Positions 8,011-17,338 of a stretch of DNA of 64,000 nt are shown in pieces. Positions within the stretch are counted from its first letter, which is position 1; each line of letters opens with the position of its first letter. Location of the stretch: assembly GCA_050734425.1 (NCBI GenBank), contig JBOHUL010000046.1, positions 72-64,071 of the forward strand. The letters run 5' to 3'. The DNA is from Candidatus Dormibacteria bacterium. GTDB lineage: Bacteria; Chloroflexota; Dormibacteria; Aeolococcales; Bog-877. The position numbers and the translations under genes are program-made. The notes beneath the pieces were generated by a model, which did no database searches, had not been told where the DNA came from, and saw only the letters and a list, made by a program, of their open reading frames with translations.

Positions 8011-9720
8011 GTGGGGCCGCCTGAGCCGGGGGCCGCCCCGAGCCCGGGCCAAGAGCAGGTCGAGCTCTACGTACGCACCTACAGGTCGCTGCTGCGCTCC
8101 TCGGGGGAGGTCCGTTTGCAGGCCCTGGAGCGCTCCCACCTGGAGATGCAGTCGTCGCTGCACCCGCTGGGAGCCGACACCCGCCTGGATGCCGGCGCAC
8201 TTCTCTACGCCCTGCACCGCCTGCCCCCGGTGGTGCTGCAACTGGAGCATGTCCGTCTGGGCCAGGCGCCCGAGCGGCTGCTGCACCTGGCCGGGACCAC
8301 CGCCTCCGACTGGGAGCAGGTGGTGGCGCCCGGCCGCCGCCGCCGCTGGTGGTGGCACCGGGGGCTGAGGACGCTGGCGGTGGCCCTGGCCAGCAGCTCT
8401 GACCTCGATGACCTCGTCCCCACCCTGGTCGCGCTCCAGATCGAGTGGAACAAGGCGCACCTGCTCCTCCAGGGAGTGGAGGCGGACCGATCGGCCGGCC
8501 CCGTCGTGTCGCAGGTCCAGGTCGATCTCGGGATAGCCGCCGACGACTACGAGCGCTTGCGGCAGCTCTTCCAGCAGCGGCTCGAGACCTTCCTGGACGC
8601 GGTCCGGAGCCGGCCCCTGGATCTGGGAATCCAGCTCCTCGGGGGGACCCAGGTGGGCTACGCGCGGGCGACCCGGGAGTGGTGGCGTCCCATCGGCGAC
8701 GTCATCCGTGAGCAGAGGCTCCAGGACCGTCCCCTGTACTTCGTCAGCAGCAACGGCCACTCTTTGGTCAACGTGCTCTCGGGGGTGGCCCGGCTGCGGC
8801 GGAGTCAAGTGCTGGAGTGGGTGGCGCAATCCGGTGACGTTGAGCTGCGGCGGCTCGCCGCCCAGGTCGAGACGCCGGGCTCGCGACTCTCCAAGGAGAA
8901 CTTTCTCTACTACGCCGCAAGGCGCTGGTTCGAGCAGCGGCCGGAGGAGCGTCGTCGGCGGGGAGAGGAGGAGCGCCAAGAGGGGATCTTCCACATCCCC
9001 TCCCAATCCGGGACCGACGTCGCCGCCCAGGTGATCGTCCTCGACCGTCTCCGGGCCGCCAGCCTCGATTCCCGCCTGCGGCCAGGCGAGGGGGCGCTGG
9101 CGGCATCGCCCCACCTCATCCTCAACCTGCAGTACCCCCTGGGCCAGGCCGCCTACCACATCCTCCGCCAGGTGCTGGAGGCGACCGAACGGGTGGACGG
9201 CGTCTACATCCTGGGCAAGGCGGCGACGCTGAACGCCGCCGTCGGCGACGTCCTGATCGCGGACGTGGTCCACGACGAGCAGAGCGGAAACACGTACTGG
9301 CTCAACAACTGCTTCTCGTACGCCCAGCTGGCCCCGTTGGTCGGGGGGAGGGCGGTCCTGGATCGGCAGCGGGCGGTGTCGGTGCGGTCAACCTTCCTCC
9401 AGAACCGCGGCTATCTCGCCCGCTACTACCATGACGCCTACACCATCGTCGAGATGGAGGCGGGCCCCTTCTTGGGGGCCGTCTTCGAGGCGGGCGACAA
9501 CTCCCGCTATCCCGCCGAGGAGCAGGTGGACCTGACCCGTCCCCAGATGGAGGTGGGGGTGATCCACTACGCCTCCGACACCCCCTACACCCAGGCTCGC
9601 ACCCTGGGGGCTCGGGGGCTACGCTTCGAGGGGATGGAGGCCACCTACGCCGGGGCGCTGGCGATAGCCGGCCGGATCCTGGAGCGCTGCCAGGCCGGTC
9701 CACCCTCGGCGGCTGGCTGA
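8011..9720 (+). CDS. Hypothetical protein: unknown N-terminal region (~340 aa) fused to a C-terminal purine/uridine nucleoside phosphorylase-like (PNP_UDP_1 / MTA-nucleosidase-like) domain
   Basis: This is the 3' portion of track ORF 6424..9720. In-frame GTG at 8011 with GGGGGAG about 10 nt upstream, 26 nt after the glgP stop. C-terminal GVYILGKAATLNAAVGDVLIADVV ... TIVEMEAGPFLGAV resembles the nucleoside phosphorylase/nucleosidase fold (EMEaaA motif). Confidence 0.55.
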   Translation: MGPPEPGAAPSPGQEQVELYVRTYRSLLRSSGEVRLQALERSHLEMQSSLHPLGADTRLDAGALLYALHRLPPVVLQLEHVRLGQAPERLLHLAGTTASDWEQVVAPGRRRRWWWHRGLRTLAVALASSSDLDDLVPTLVALQIEWNKAHLLLQGVEADRSAGPVVSQVQVDLGIAADDYERLRQLFQQRLETFLDAVRSRPLDLGIQLLGGTQVGYARATREWWRPIGDVIREQRLQDRPLYFVSSNGHSLVNVLSGVARLRRSQVLEWVAQSGDVELRRLAAQVETPGSRLSKENFLYYAARRWFEQRPEERRRRGEEERQEGIFHIPSQSGTDVAAQVIVLDRLRAASLDSRLRPGEGALAASPHLILNLQYPLGQAAYHILRQVLEATERVDGVYILGKAATLNAAVGDVLIADVVHDEQSGNTYWLNNCFSYAQLAPLVGGRAVLDRQRAVSVRSTFLQNRGYLARYYHDAYTIVEMEAGPFLGAVFEAGDNSRYPAEEQVDLTRPQMEVGVIHYASDTPYTQARTLGARGLRFEGMEATYAGALAIAGRILERCQAGPPSAAG

Positions 9721-9722
9721 GC

Positions 9723-10070
9723 ATGGCCGAGCTCCACCGGGAGCGCTGCCAGGCCTGCACCGGGGAGACGCCCACGGTGGAGGCCGAAGAGCGCGCCCAG
9801 CTCCTGACCGAGCTGGATGGGGCCTGGCAGGTGGAGGGGAACCGGCTCCGCCGTCGCTACCAGTTCCCCGACTTCGCCGCCGCGTTCGCCTGGGCCACCC
9901 GGATCGGGCTCCTGGCCGAACACGAGGGCCACCACCCCGAACTGCGGATCGGCTGGGGGTACCTCGAGGTGGAGCTGACGACCCACGCCGTCACGGGCCT
10001 GACCCGCAACGACTTCATCCTGGCGGCCAAGCTCGACCGCCTGGGCACGCGCCCGGCTAACGGCGGCTGA
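9723..10070 (+). CDS. 4a-hydroxytetrahydrobiopterin dehydratase (pterin-4-alpha-carbinolamine dehydratase)
   Basis: 115 aa with EHEGHHPELRIGWGYLEVELTTHAVTGLTRNDFILAAKLD, the PCD/DCoH signature. Confidence 0.85.
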   Translation: MAELHRERCQACTGETPTVEAEERAQLLTELDGAWQVEGNRLRRRYQFPDFAAAFAWATRIGLLAEHEGHHPELRIGWGYLEVELTTHAVTGLTRNDFILAAKLDRLGTRPANGG

Positions 10071-10345
10071 ACATCTGGTCGAGGCGGGCCCCGTCTCGTC
10101 TAGGCCGGGAGAGGGGCCCTCCTCGGCCCTCACACCCTAGCCATGGCGGTTCTGCCTGCCTGGTAAGGGCGCCGCCGCCGCGGCCCGTGGTGGAGCTCAT
10201 GGCGGCTGGCGGGCCCAGGGAACCGCCCTTACCCCATCTCTCTGCGTCGTCCGCCCCCCGGCCGGCTCGGTGACCACGGTCACATTCGATCACAGCTTCA
10301 CGCACGCATTACTTGCACCGGGCAAGTAGCGCTAGCCTACCAGTG

Positions 10346-11335
10346 ATGTCACATCGCCGATGCCGGCGCTGGGTGCTGCTGCTGGCGGTCTCCCTGCCGC
10401 TCCCGGTCCTGGCGGGGGCGCTCGTCAGCGAGCCGGCCGTGGCGGCGGGGGCCCGAGCCAGCGTGGCCAGCGCCGGCTCGCTCCAGGAACTCTTGGATGG
10501 CTACGTCGGGGTGGACTTCCAGCGGCGGACCCGCTTCCAGTACCAGAACCGATCGCAGGCCAGCCTCGCCCTGGCCCAGGAGATCCGCTCTGAGGAGATC
10601 ACCCCTAACGTCTTCATCTCCATCGGCGCCGCGCCGATGCGGCTGCTCGAGCCGAAGTTCACCACCTGGGCGGTGCGGCTGGCCGCCGGGCCGCTGGTCG
10701 TGGCCTACAACCCGAAGGGCCGTTACGCCTCCGAGCTGCGCAAAATCGCCCGGCACCAGCTCCCGATCCGTGACCTCTTCCAGCTGATGGCGCGGCCCGG
10801 CTTTCGCCTGGGCCGCACCGATCCCGCCATCGACCCCCAGGGGCAGAGCTTTCTCATGATGTTCCAGCTGGCGCGGCGCTACCTGGGGGTATCCGCCAAG
10901 ACCGTCCGCGCGGACCTTGGCGGCGCCGACCAGGACGCCCAGATCTTCTCCGAGACCGCTTTGGAGCCCACGCTGCAGGCGGGTCAACTCGACGCTGCCA
11001 GCGCCTTTCTGCCCCAGGCGGTCCAGCTGGGATTGCCCTACATCACCCTGCCGCCGCGCCTGGACTTCGCCAACCCCAGGTACCAGAAGACCTACGGGAG
11101 CGTCAGGCTGAGCCTGCCGGGGGGCAAATCGGTCCGCGGCAGCCTGCTGGACCTGGAGGCCACGGTCATCTCGCGGGACGGGCAGGGAGCGGCCGCCCGC
11201 GCCTTCGTCAGCTTCCTCCTGAGCCGCCCGATACGGCGTCTGATGTCCCACCAGGGCTACCTGCTCTTGCGGCCCGCGGTCCTGGGCCGGCGCTCCGCGG
11301 TGCCCCGTTCCGTCCTCAGGGCGCTTGGCGGGTGA
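10346..11335 (+). CDS. ABC transporter periplasmic substrate-binding protein, ModA/WtpA/TupA-like (molybdate/tungstate/sulfate class)
   Basis: Track ORF 10313..11335. I prefer the ATG at 10346, which gives a signal peptide MSHRRCRRWVLLLAVSLPLPVLAGA. Type II SBP fold, and it precedes a CysT/ModB-type permease and an ATPase carrying a TOBE domain. Confidence 0.7.
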   Translation: MSHRRCRRWVLLLAVSLPLPVLAGALVSEPAVAAGARASVASAGSLQELLDGYVGVDFQRRTRFQYQNRSQASLALAQEIRSEEITPNVFISIGAAPMRLLEPKFTTWAVRLAAGPLVVAYNPKGRYASELRKIARHQLPIRDLFQLMARPGFRLGRTDPAIDPQGQSFLMMFQLARRYLGVSAKTVRADLGGADQDAQIFSETALEPTLQAGQLDAASAFLPQAVQLGLPYITLPPRLDFANPRYQKTYGSVRLSLPGGKSVRGSLLDLEATVISRDGQGAAARAFVSFLLSRPIRRLMSHQGYLLLRPAVLGRRSAVPRSVLRALGG

Positions 11336-12153
11336 TCGCCTTCTCCGGTCACCCGCCGCGACGGGGGACCGCCCCCGCCCGGATCTCCAACGCGGTCGCC
11401 GTCGGCGGGTCTTTGATCATCTGGGTGGCCCTGCTGGGGCCGCTGATCACCCTGCTGGTCCATATCTCCCCGGCGGCGCTGGCCCACTCTCTCGGCCAGC
11501 CCCAGGCCTGGCAGCCGCTCCTGGTCTCCCTGGCGGCGTCGCTGATCGCCCTGGCGGTGATCCTGCTCCTGGGGACCCCGCTCGCCTACCTCCTGGCCCG
11601 AGGCCGGCTGCCGCTGCCCCGTCTTTGGGAGCTCGGGGTGATCCTGCCCCTCCTGACCCCGCCGCTGGTGATTGGGCTCCTGCTGGTGTTCATGGTCGGG
11701 CCCGAGTCGGCGATCGGGCTGGCACTCTCGCGGGTGGGGCTCACCGCCTCCGACACCCTCTTCGCCCTGGTCATCGCCGAGATCTACGAGGCCGTCCCGT
11801 ACTACGTGCTGGGGGCGGCCGCCGCCTTCGCTGCGGTCGATCCCGAGCTGGAGCAGGCGGCGTGGCTCCTGGGCGACGGTGGCTGGCGCACCTGGCGCCG
11901 GGTCACCGCTCCTCTGGCTGCGCCGGGGCTGGCGGGGGCGCTGGCGGTCAGCTGGGCCCGCGCCATGGGGGCTTTCGGCGCGGTCCTGATCATTGCCTAC
12001 CACCCGTTCGGCCTGCCCCTGCAGATCTGGGTCACCCTCCAGGAGACGGGTCTGCGCTCGGCGCTGCCCTTCGCTTTGGTGCTGCTGGTCGTGGCCCTGC
12101 CCTTGCCGGTGGCCGCCCATGTTTGGAGTGCCCGTGCTCGCCGCCGACTTTGA
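11332..12153 (+). CDS. ABC transporter permease, ModB/CysTW family
   Basis: 273 aa. Multiple TM helices and the EAA-like loop (…AAAFAAVDPELEQAAWLLGDGGWRTWRRVTAPLAAPGL…). GTG start overlaps the SBP stop. Confidence 0.8.
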   Translation: MIAFSGHPPRRGTAPARISNAVAVGGSLIIWVALLGPLITLLVHISPAALAHSLGQPQAWQPLLVSLAASLIALAVILLLGTPLAYLLARGRLPLPRLWELGVILPLLTPPLVIGLLLVFMVGPESAIGLALSRVGLTASDTLFALVIAEIYEAVPYYVLGAAAAFAAVDPELEQAAWLLGDGGWRTWRRVTAPLAAPGLAGALAVSWARAMGAFGAVLIIAYHPFGLPLQIWVTLQETGLRSALPFALVLLVVALPLPVAAHVWSARARRRL

Positions 12154-13102
12154 GGTGCAGCGGCGCGAGTTCGGCCTCAAGCTGGAATTGAGGCTCGAAC
12201 CGGGTCAGCGACTGGCGGTCCTGGGACGCTCCGGCGCGGGCAAGACCACCCTGCTGGAGGCCCTGGCGGGCCTCCTGCCGGTGACCGCCGGTGAGATCCG
12301 CCTGGATGGCCGTCGCCTCAGTGCCCCCGGCTCCGGGAGCACGGTTGCCCCGGGGCGGCGGGGGATCGGGCTGCTGCGGCAGCGGCCGGGCCTCTTCCCC
12401 CACCTGACGGTGCTGGAGAACATCGAATACGCGAGGGGCTCGAGCCGGGCGGCGGCCACGACGATGGCGTCCAGGCTCGGCCTGGGCAGGCTGCTTCAGT
12501 CTCGGCCCTTGGGGCTGTCCGGGGGGGAGGCCCAGCGGGTGGCGCTGGCGCGGACCCTCCAGTCCAGCTGCCGCCTGCTGTGTCTGGACGAGCCCTTCAG
12601 CTCTCTGGACCGGCCCCTGGCCCGAGAGTTCCTGGACTTGCTGCGGCAAGAGCTGCAGGGGTCGGCGACCGCCGCCCTGCTGGTGACTCACCAGCTGGCC
12701 GAGGCCCAGGCCTTCGCCGACCAGCTCCTGGTGATCGATGCCGGGCGCGTGCTCCAGGCGGGCGGCGGCCGGGAGCTGGTGCTGCATCCCCAGACGCCGG
12801 TGGCGGCGGAGCTGGTCGGTTACCAGGGGCGCTTGCGGCGCCGGGGCGAGGAGGCGCTGGTCCACCCTGAGCTGGCCCGGCCCCTGGCGCCGGGAGACCG
12901 GCGGGAGGCGCTCCGGGGCCGCTGCCTCAGGGTCCGGCCCCAGGGGGCCCGGTTCGAGCTGGAGCTCGAGGCTATGGAGGGCTGGGAGGGGAGATTCGGC
13001 TGCCTGGCCGACGCGTCCATCTCCCCGGGGACCGAGGTCAGCTTCGGGGAGGAGGGCCTCGCCTGCTTCCCCGCCATCATCGGAGGTGATGCCGTTGCCT
13101 GA
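12119..13102 (+). CDS. ABC transporter ATP-binding protein with a C-terminal TOBE-like domain (ModC/WtpC-like)
   Basis: Internal ATG at 12119 of track ORF 11993..13102 (MFGVPVLAADFEVQRR...). Walker A GRSGAGKTT, signature LSGGEAQRVALAR, Walker B LLCLDEPFSSLD. Confidence 0.8.
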   Translation: MFGVPVLAADFEVQRREFGLKLELRLEPGQRLAVLGRSGAGKTTLLEALAGLLPVTAGEIRLDGRRLSAPGSGSTVAPGRRGIGLLRQRPGLFPHLTVLENIEYARGSSRAAATTMASRLGLGRLLQSRPLGLSGGEAQRVALARTLQSSCRLLCLDEPFSSLDRPLAREFLDLLRQELQGSATAALLVTHQLAEAQAFADQLLVIDAGRVLQAGGGRELVLHPQTPVAAELVGYQGRLRRRGEEALVHPELARPLAPGDRREALRGRCLRVRPQGARFELELEAMEGWEGRFGCLADASISPGTEVSFGEEGLACFPAIIGGDAVA

Positions 13103-14198
13103 GACCCCTCCCCCCGTACCCTCCCAGTCCGGGCCCGGGGGGCGCCGGCTGCGGCTGGCCCGCCTGGGCCGGGGCCTGTCCCAGCGCCAGCTGGCCCAGA
13201 GCTGCGGCATCAGCCGCCAGGCCCTCGCTGGCGTCGAGAGCGGAGCCTGGTCTCCCTCGCTGGGCCTGGCCCTGCGGCTGGCGCGGGCCCTGGGCAGCAC
13301 TGTGGACGAGCTCTTCTCAGTGGAGCCGGGGCCCGAGGAGCTGGAGGTGGTGGCGCTGGCGACGGGCGCCTTCGGAGACCGGGCGCGGATCACCCGGGTC
13401 TTCGAGCGCTGGGTCGCGCTCCCTCTCAAAGGCGAGGCAGCCTGGTCCCCCGGGTTTCTGCCCGCCAACGGCTCCCTGGGCGAGGCCGGGCGCAGGGCCG
13501 TCCTCCGGGGCGGCGCCGGCGGCCTGGTGGTGGCCGGCTGCGATCCCGGCCTTGGCCTGCTCGCGGCCTCGACCGGACCCAGGGAGGGTGGCTGGTCGGT
13601 CCACTGGTGGCCCTGCGGCAGCCGGGACGCGCTGCGACTGCTGGGGGAGGGTCTGGTCCACGCGGCCCAGATCCACTACCCCGCGGCTGAGCGGCCGGGG
13701 GCCATGCCCGGCCGCGCGCGGATCGGAATCGGGTTCGCCAGGTGGCGCGAGGGCTTGCTCTTCCGACGCCCCGGGCCGGAGCCAACCTCACTGGCGGAGG
13801 CCGCCCGCCTGGGCTGGCGCTGGATCAACCGGGAACCGGGGGCTGAGGCCAGGGCCCTGCTGGACCGCGAGCTGGACCGCGCCGATCTCGACGGGCGGGA
13901 GCTGCCGGGTTATGACTCCCGGGCCCTCAGCCATTTCGCGGTGGCGGCGGCGGTGGCCTCCCGCAGCGCCGACGTGGGCCTGGCGGCGGAACCGGTGGCC
14001 CTGGCCTTCGGGCTTGGGTTCCTGCCCCTCTCCGAGGAGGAGTCCGTCCTGGTTGTGGAACAGAGCCGCCTGGGGACGGAGGAGGGGCAGCAGCTCCTGC
14101 GGCTCCTGGGCCGGCCGGCGCTGGGCCGGGAGCTGGGAGCGGTTCCCGGCTATGACGCCGGCATCTGCGGCGAGGCGCTCCCGCCGGGAGCCGGCTGA
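13089..14198 (+). CDS. Transcriptional regulator: XRE-type HTH fused to a PBP-like (PF12727-like) ligand-binding domain
   Basis: This is the 3' portion of track ORF 12738..14198. The ATG at 13089 follows GGAGG. N-terminal LGRGLSQRQLAQSCGISRQALAGVESGAWSPSLGLALRLARALGSTVDELF is a cro/C1-type HTH. The remainder is a PBP-like domain of the kind seen next to molybdate/tungstate transporters. Confidence 0.7.
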   Translation: MPLPETPPPVPSQSGPGGRRLRLARLGRGLSQRQLAQSCGISRQALAGVESGAWSPSLGLALRLARALGSTVDELFSVEPGPEELEVVALATGAFGDRARITRVFERWVALPLKGEAAWSPGFLPANGSLGEAGRRAVLRGGAGGLVVAGCDPGLGLLAASTGPREGGWSVHWWPCGSRDALRLLGEGLVHAAQIHYPAAERPGAMPGRARIGIGFARWREGLLFRRPGPEPTSLAEAARLGWRWINREPGAEARALLDRELDRADLDGRELPGYDSRALSHFAVAAAVASRSADVGLAAEPVALAFGLGFLPLSEEESVLVVEQSRLGTEEGQQLLRLLGRPALGRELGAVPGYDAGICGEALPPGAG

Positions 14199-14315
14199 GC
14201 CTGGGGGAGCCGGCTCCAGGGCCCCCAGAGCGGAGCGCCTCGGCGGGGGCGATGCCGAGGTCATGGCGCATGTTGATGCTCCGCCGCTCAAACAGCGGGG
14301 CCTGAGATCGCGCAG

Positions 14316-15803
14316 CTAAGTGGTCTGGTCGAAGACAGAGTCGAAGATGTCCCTGCCGAAGCTGGTGGCAAGGGGTGCGCCTTCGCGCAACTTGAACGTA
14401 CGAGTGCCATCCTCCAACCGCTCGGCCCGCAGGCAGAGGACGCCATCCGCCCCCTGGAATCGCCGCGCTAGATCGAAGAGGTGCGTGACGATGAAGACTC
14501 TGATCCCTGCGCCGGTCAGGGCGCGGAGCACCTGGTCCCCGATCTCAGAGGCCTCCCGCTCGTTGGTCGAGGAGAAGGTCTCGTTGCAGAGGAGGATTGC
14601 GCCCGGGCGGATGTGATCGACGATGCGGCTCATGCGTCCGAGTTCCTCTTCCAGTTTCCCCTGGTCCATCGTCTGGTCTTCATTGCGGGTGAAGTGCGTG
14701 AACAGGCCGCTCGCTATGCTCGACGAGAACTCTCGGGCCGGCGCGAACATGCCCGCCTGGGTCATGAGTTGAGCCAACCCCAGTGCCCGCAGGAACGTCG
14801 ATTTGCCTCCGCGGTTCGCCCCCGTGATGAAGAGGAGCGAAACGCCGGGTGCGCTGAGGTCATTCGGTACGACACTCTCTGACATCGTCAGGGCTAGGAC
14901 CGGGTCGTACAGGCATGTCGTGTGGAGGGTGCGATCGCCTGCCAGGTGTGGGCTGGGAAGCGACGTGTGACAGCCTCGAGCCTCAAGCTTGTCTCGAAGA
15001 TTGAGACAGCAGACATAGAAGGCCAGCTCAGCACGCAGCTGACCGAAGAAGCCCAGCACGTGCTGGCTGGACTGGGAGAGCGCGTCGGCGACCAGATTGA
15101 TCCCCCGGCTGCGGACCTCATCTAGCGCGTTGTTCCCGGATTCGTCACGCGGGTGCACGTCGAATCGTAGGCGAGAGTCCGTCCGATCCAGCAGTCTCTC
15201 GACCAAGCCCTTCTCAGCGGGGGGCACCCGGAGGACATAGTCCATCCCGGAGAGCCCCTTTCCGAGCCCGGCGCTGAGGAGAATGCCACTTCGAAACCTG
15301 AGCCGTGCCAAGTGTTGCTCCATCTCCGTGAAGTACCCGTCGTCGAGTTCCTCGAGCACCCGGGCGAAAAGGCCTCGGAATGCCGGCGAGGAGAAGCTGT
15401 CGAGGTTCTCGGCGGCACTCCGCCGCAGCTCCCTCAATTTGCCGGCTAGCAGCGTCATGACTGAGATGGCATGATGGAGGTTGATCTCGGGGCTCTTACC
15501 AAACCAACCCCAGAGCTGCCTCTCCTCTCTCAGTGTCGCGAGCGCGAAATCGTGGAGGTTCCGGACCGACTCCGGGTGGGCGATGGCATCCGCCAGCGCT
15601 GCCTGGCGATAGCGGATCGTGTCACAATCCTGGACTCCGTTCAACACTGCCGAGCGAGCCACGCGTTGGAGTACGTCATCCTGCCCGGCCATAGCCTCGA
15701 AGAGCACCTCGAGACCGAGGTCGGCGACCATCTCGGAAGTTTGGGGCGAAAGCTCAGTGCTCCAGTTGAAGTTTCGATCCGGGTGCATGAGGAGGACTCT
15801 CAT
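14316..15803 (-). CDS. MutS2-like protein lacking an Smr domain (MutS domain V ABC ATPase), paralog B
   Basis: 495 aa. MutS_V Walker A ITGANRGGKSTFLRALG, CNETFSSTNEREASEIG (MutS 'DE..GTST'-like), Walker B. N-terminus (LGLEVLFEAMAGQDDVL…IRYRQAAL) resembles the MutS2 N-terminus. No domain I and no Smr. Confidence 0.75.
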   Translation of the reverse strand: MRVLLMHPDRNFNWSTELSPQTSEMVADLGLEVLFEAMAGQDDVLQRVARSAVLNGVQDCDTIRYRQAALADAIAHPESVRNLHDFALATLREERQLWGWFGKSPEINLHHAISVMTLLAGKLRELRRSAAENLDSFSSPAFRGLFARVLEELDDGYFTEMEQHLARLRFRSGILLSAGLGKGLSGMDYVLRVPPAEKGLVERLLDRTDSRLRFDVHPRDESGNNALDEVRSRGINLVADALSQSSQHVLGFFGQLRAELAFYVCCLNLRDKLEARGCHTSLPSPHLAGDRTLHTTCLYDPVLALTMSESVVPNDLSAPGVSLLFITGANRGGKSTFLRALGLAQLMTQAGMFAPAREFSSSIASGLFTHFTRNEDQTMDQGKLEEELGRMSRIVDHIRPGAILLCNETFSSTNEREASEIGDQVLRALTGAGIRVFIVTHLFDLARRFQGADGVLCLRAERLEDGTRTFKLREGAPLATSFGRDIFDSVFDQTT

Positions 15804-17338
15804 TGCCGCAGTCGGTTCGCGATGGATTCGTAATTGAGTCCCTGGGCCTCCGCTAAGACCATCGCGTAGGCACGCCCGTCGGCGGGACGTCGTACGATCC
15901 TGAAGGTGCGCTCGGCTGGCCTTTCAGGGTGGACCGTGCTGGTCAGGCTCACGACCGTCGGTCCGAGGCGGGAGAGCTCGTCGATGAAGGTGACGTATAC
16001 CGCGAACGCGTCAAGCTCGATGAGTCGTGCAATGACCTCAGTTCCCAGCAGTAGCTGGTCATCAGTGGTGGTGGAGGCGAAGCTCTCGTTCATGATGACG
16101 ACGGTGCGCGGCGTGGTCCTGGCCAGCATCTCCCGCACGCGGAGCAACTCGGCCTCGAGCCCACTCTGGAGGTCTTCGACGACCTCCTGCCGGCCGAAGT
16201 GGGTGACCACGGCATCGCAAAGACACAGGCTGGCGCTCGTACCGGGTACGGGGAACCCGAGTGAAGCCAGGTAGTGAAGCTGGCCAACGGTGCGAGCGTA
16301 GGTCGTCTTTCCCCCCTGGTTCGGGCCGGAGAGGACGGCGATCCGTTCCTCTCCCTTGAGTTCAAGGTCGTTGAGGACCATGGAGCGACCATCAGGCGTG
16401 AGCTTGAGTGCCAGAGCCAGATCGAAGGTCTCTCGCGCGACGATGGACTTGTTGTGGCGGGAAACCACGGGTTCCGTGAACGGTAGGCCGGAGTCTTGGA
16501 GCGGCCTCAGCAGCTCGAGGTAGGCCAGATAGAGCTGGACCTCGCGGTCGAATCGGGAAAGCACCGGATCAACCAGATCTGCATACGTCTTTTGGAAAGT
16601 TACGAGCGGATGGAACAGGTCGGGGTGTAGCACCGCAATGCGATCTACGATCATCTCTTGGATGTGGTTCTGGAACTCGTGGCGAAACTCAACCAGGCGA
16701 CTCGGAACGTCACCAGTCTGGAACTTCTCGAAGGTCGAGAGCACCTGTGCGCTGTAGTCAGGCTCGCCGCCGAAGTTGCCGACTGTCACGCGGGCACCGT
16801 CCACGAGCACGCAGTATCGAAGTCCATGCAGTTGCTCATAGAGGCGGCCTGTCTCTGCGCGGAGCTTCTGGAAGCCGTCCGATTCCAGGTACCCCTGCAA
16901 GTATTCCCAGCAGCGACGTAGCCCGGCAGAGGTGAACTGCGGGCTATGCAGCGCGTCGGCGAGCGCGGTGACGGACCCACAATAGACTTTCGCGCTCTCG
17001 AGAAACCATGAGGCGCTCTCGTACCGGCGCGAGCGCTGGCTGGCCTTCAGGTGGCGGCGAGTCGTGCGCATCTCCATTGCGAAGGACTGGATTGGAGCCA
17101 AGGCGCCGACTGCGAGGTCGCGGTATACCGCCTGCCGGTATCTCACCGATTCCTCGTCCGCGAGCAGGGTCCGTAGGAGCGGGTCGAGCTCGTACTCGGC
17201 CCGGTCTCTGACCATACTTTCGAAGACTTGGTCGAGGTTGAGATCCGCCAAGTCCTCGGCAGAGCTGTGGCCGACCAGCTCAACGCGGGTCTGGGGATCG
17301 GGGAAGAGAATGCTGAACTCCGCGGTGGCAGGGCTCAT
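15800..17338 (-). CDS. MutS2-like protein lacking an Smr domain (MutS domain V ABC ATPase), paralog A
   Basis: 512 aa. Walker A LSGPNQGGKTTYARTVGQ, MNESFASTTTDDQLLLG. Clearly paralogous to 14316..15803. Its stop overlaps the downstream start by 4 nt. Confidence 0.75.
   Translation of the reverse strand: MSPATAEFSILFPDPQTRVELVGHSSAEDLADLNLDQVFESMVRDRAEYELDPLLRTLLADEESVRYRQAVYRDLAVGALAPIQSFAMEMRTTRRHLKASQRSRRYESASWFLESAKVYCGSVTALADALHSPQFTSAGLRRCWEYLQGYLESDGFQKLRAETGRLYEQLHGLRYCVLVDGARVTVGNFGGEPDYSAQVLSTFEKFQTGDVPSRLVEFRHEFQNHIQEMIVDRIAVLHPDLFHPLVTFQKTYADLVDPVLSRFDREVQLYLAYLELLRPLQDSGLPFTEPVVSRHNKSIVARETFDLALALKLTPDGRSMVLNDLELKGEERIAVLSGPNQGGKTTYARTVGQLHYLASLGFPVPGTSASLCLCDAVVTHFGRQEVVEDLQSGLEAELLRVREMLARTTPRTVVIMNESFASTTTDDQLLLGTEVIARLIELDAFAVYVTFIDELSRLGPTVVSLTSTVHPERPAERTFRIVRRPADGRAYAMVLAEAQGLNYESIANRLRQ

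Noticed and set aside
7888-9273. 461-aa minus-strand ORF antisense to the 8011-9720 gene. Similar long antisense or alternative-frame ORFs are 5600..8200(-), 12032..13468(-), 34332..35498(-), 34637..36070(-), 35611..37464(+), 42605..45490(+), 46680..47786(-), 48225..49961(-), 49965..51032(-) and 61930..63132(-).
   Set aside because: All overlap strongly supported genes on the other strand or frame. Their translations are Arg/Gly/Pro/Ala-rich with no recognisable domains. They are expected open-frame artifacts at about 70% GC.
10105-10135. Imperfect GC-rich hairpin (GAGGGGCC-CTCCTC-GGCCCTC) after the pterin dehydratase gene, as a possible intrinsic terminator
   Set aside because: The stem is only about 5 bp with a mismatch, and there is no U-tract. 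It is too weak to call, and could equally be part of a structured leader for the downstream transporter.
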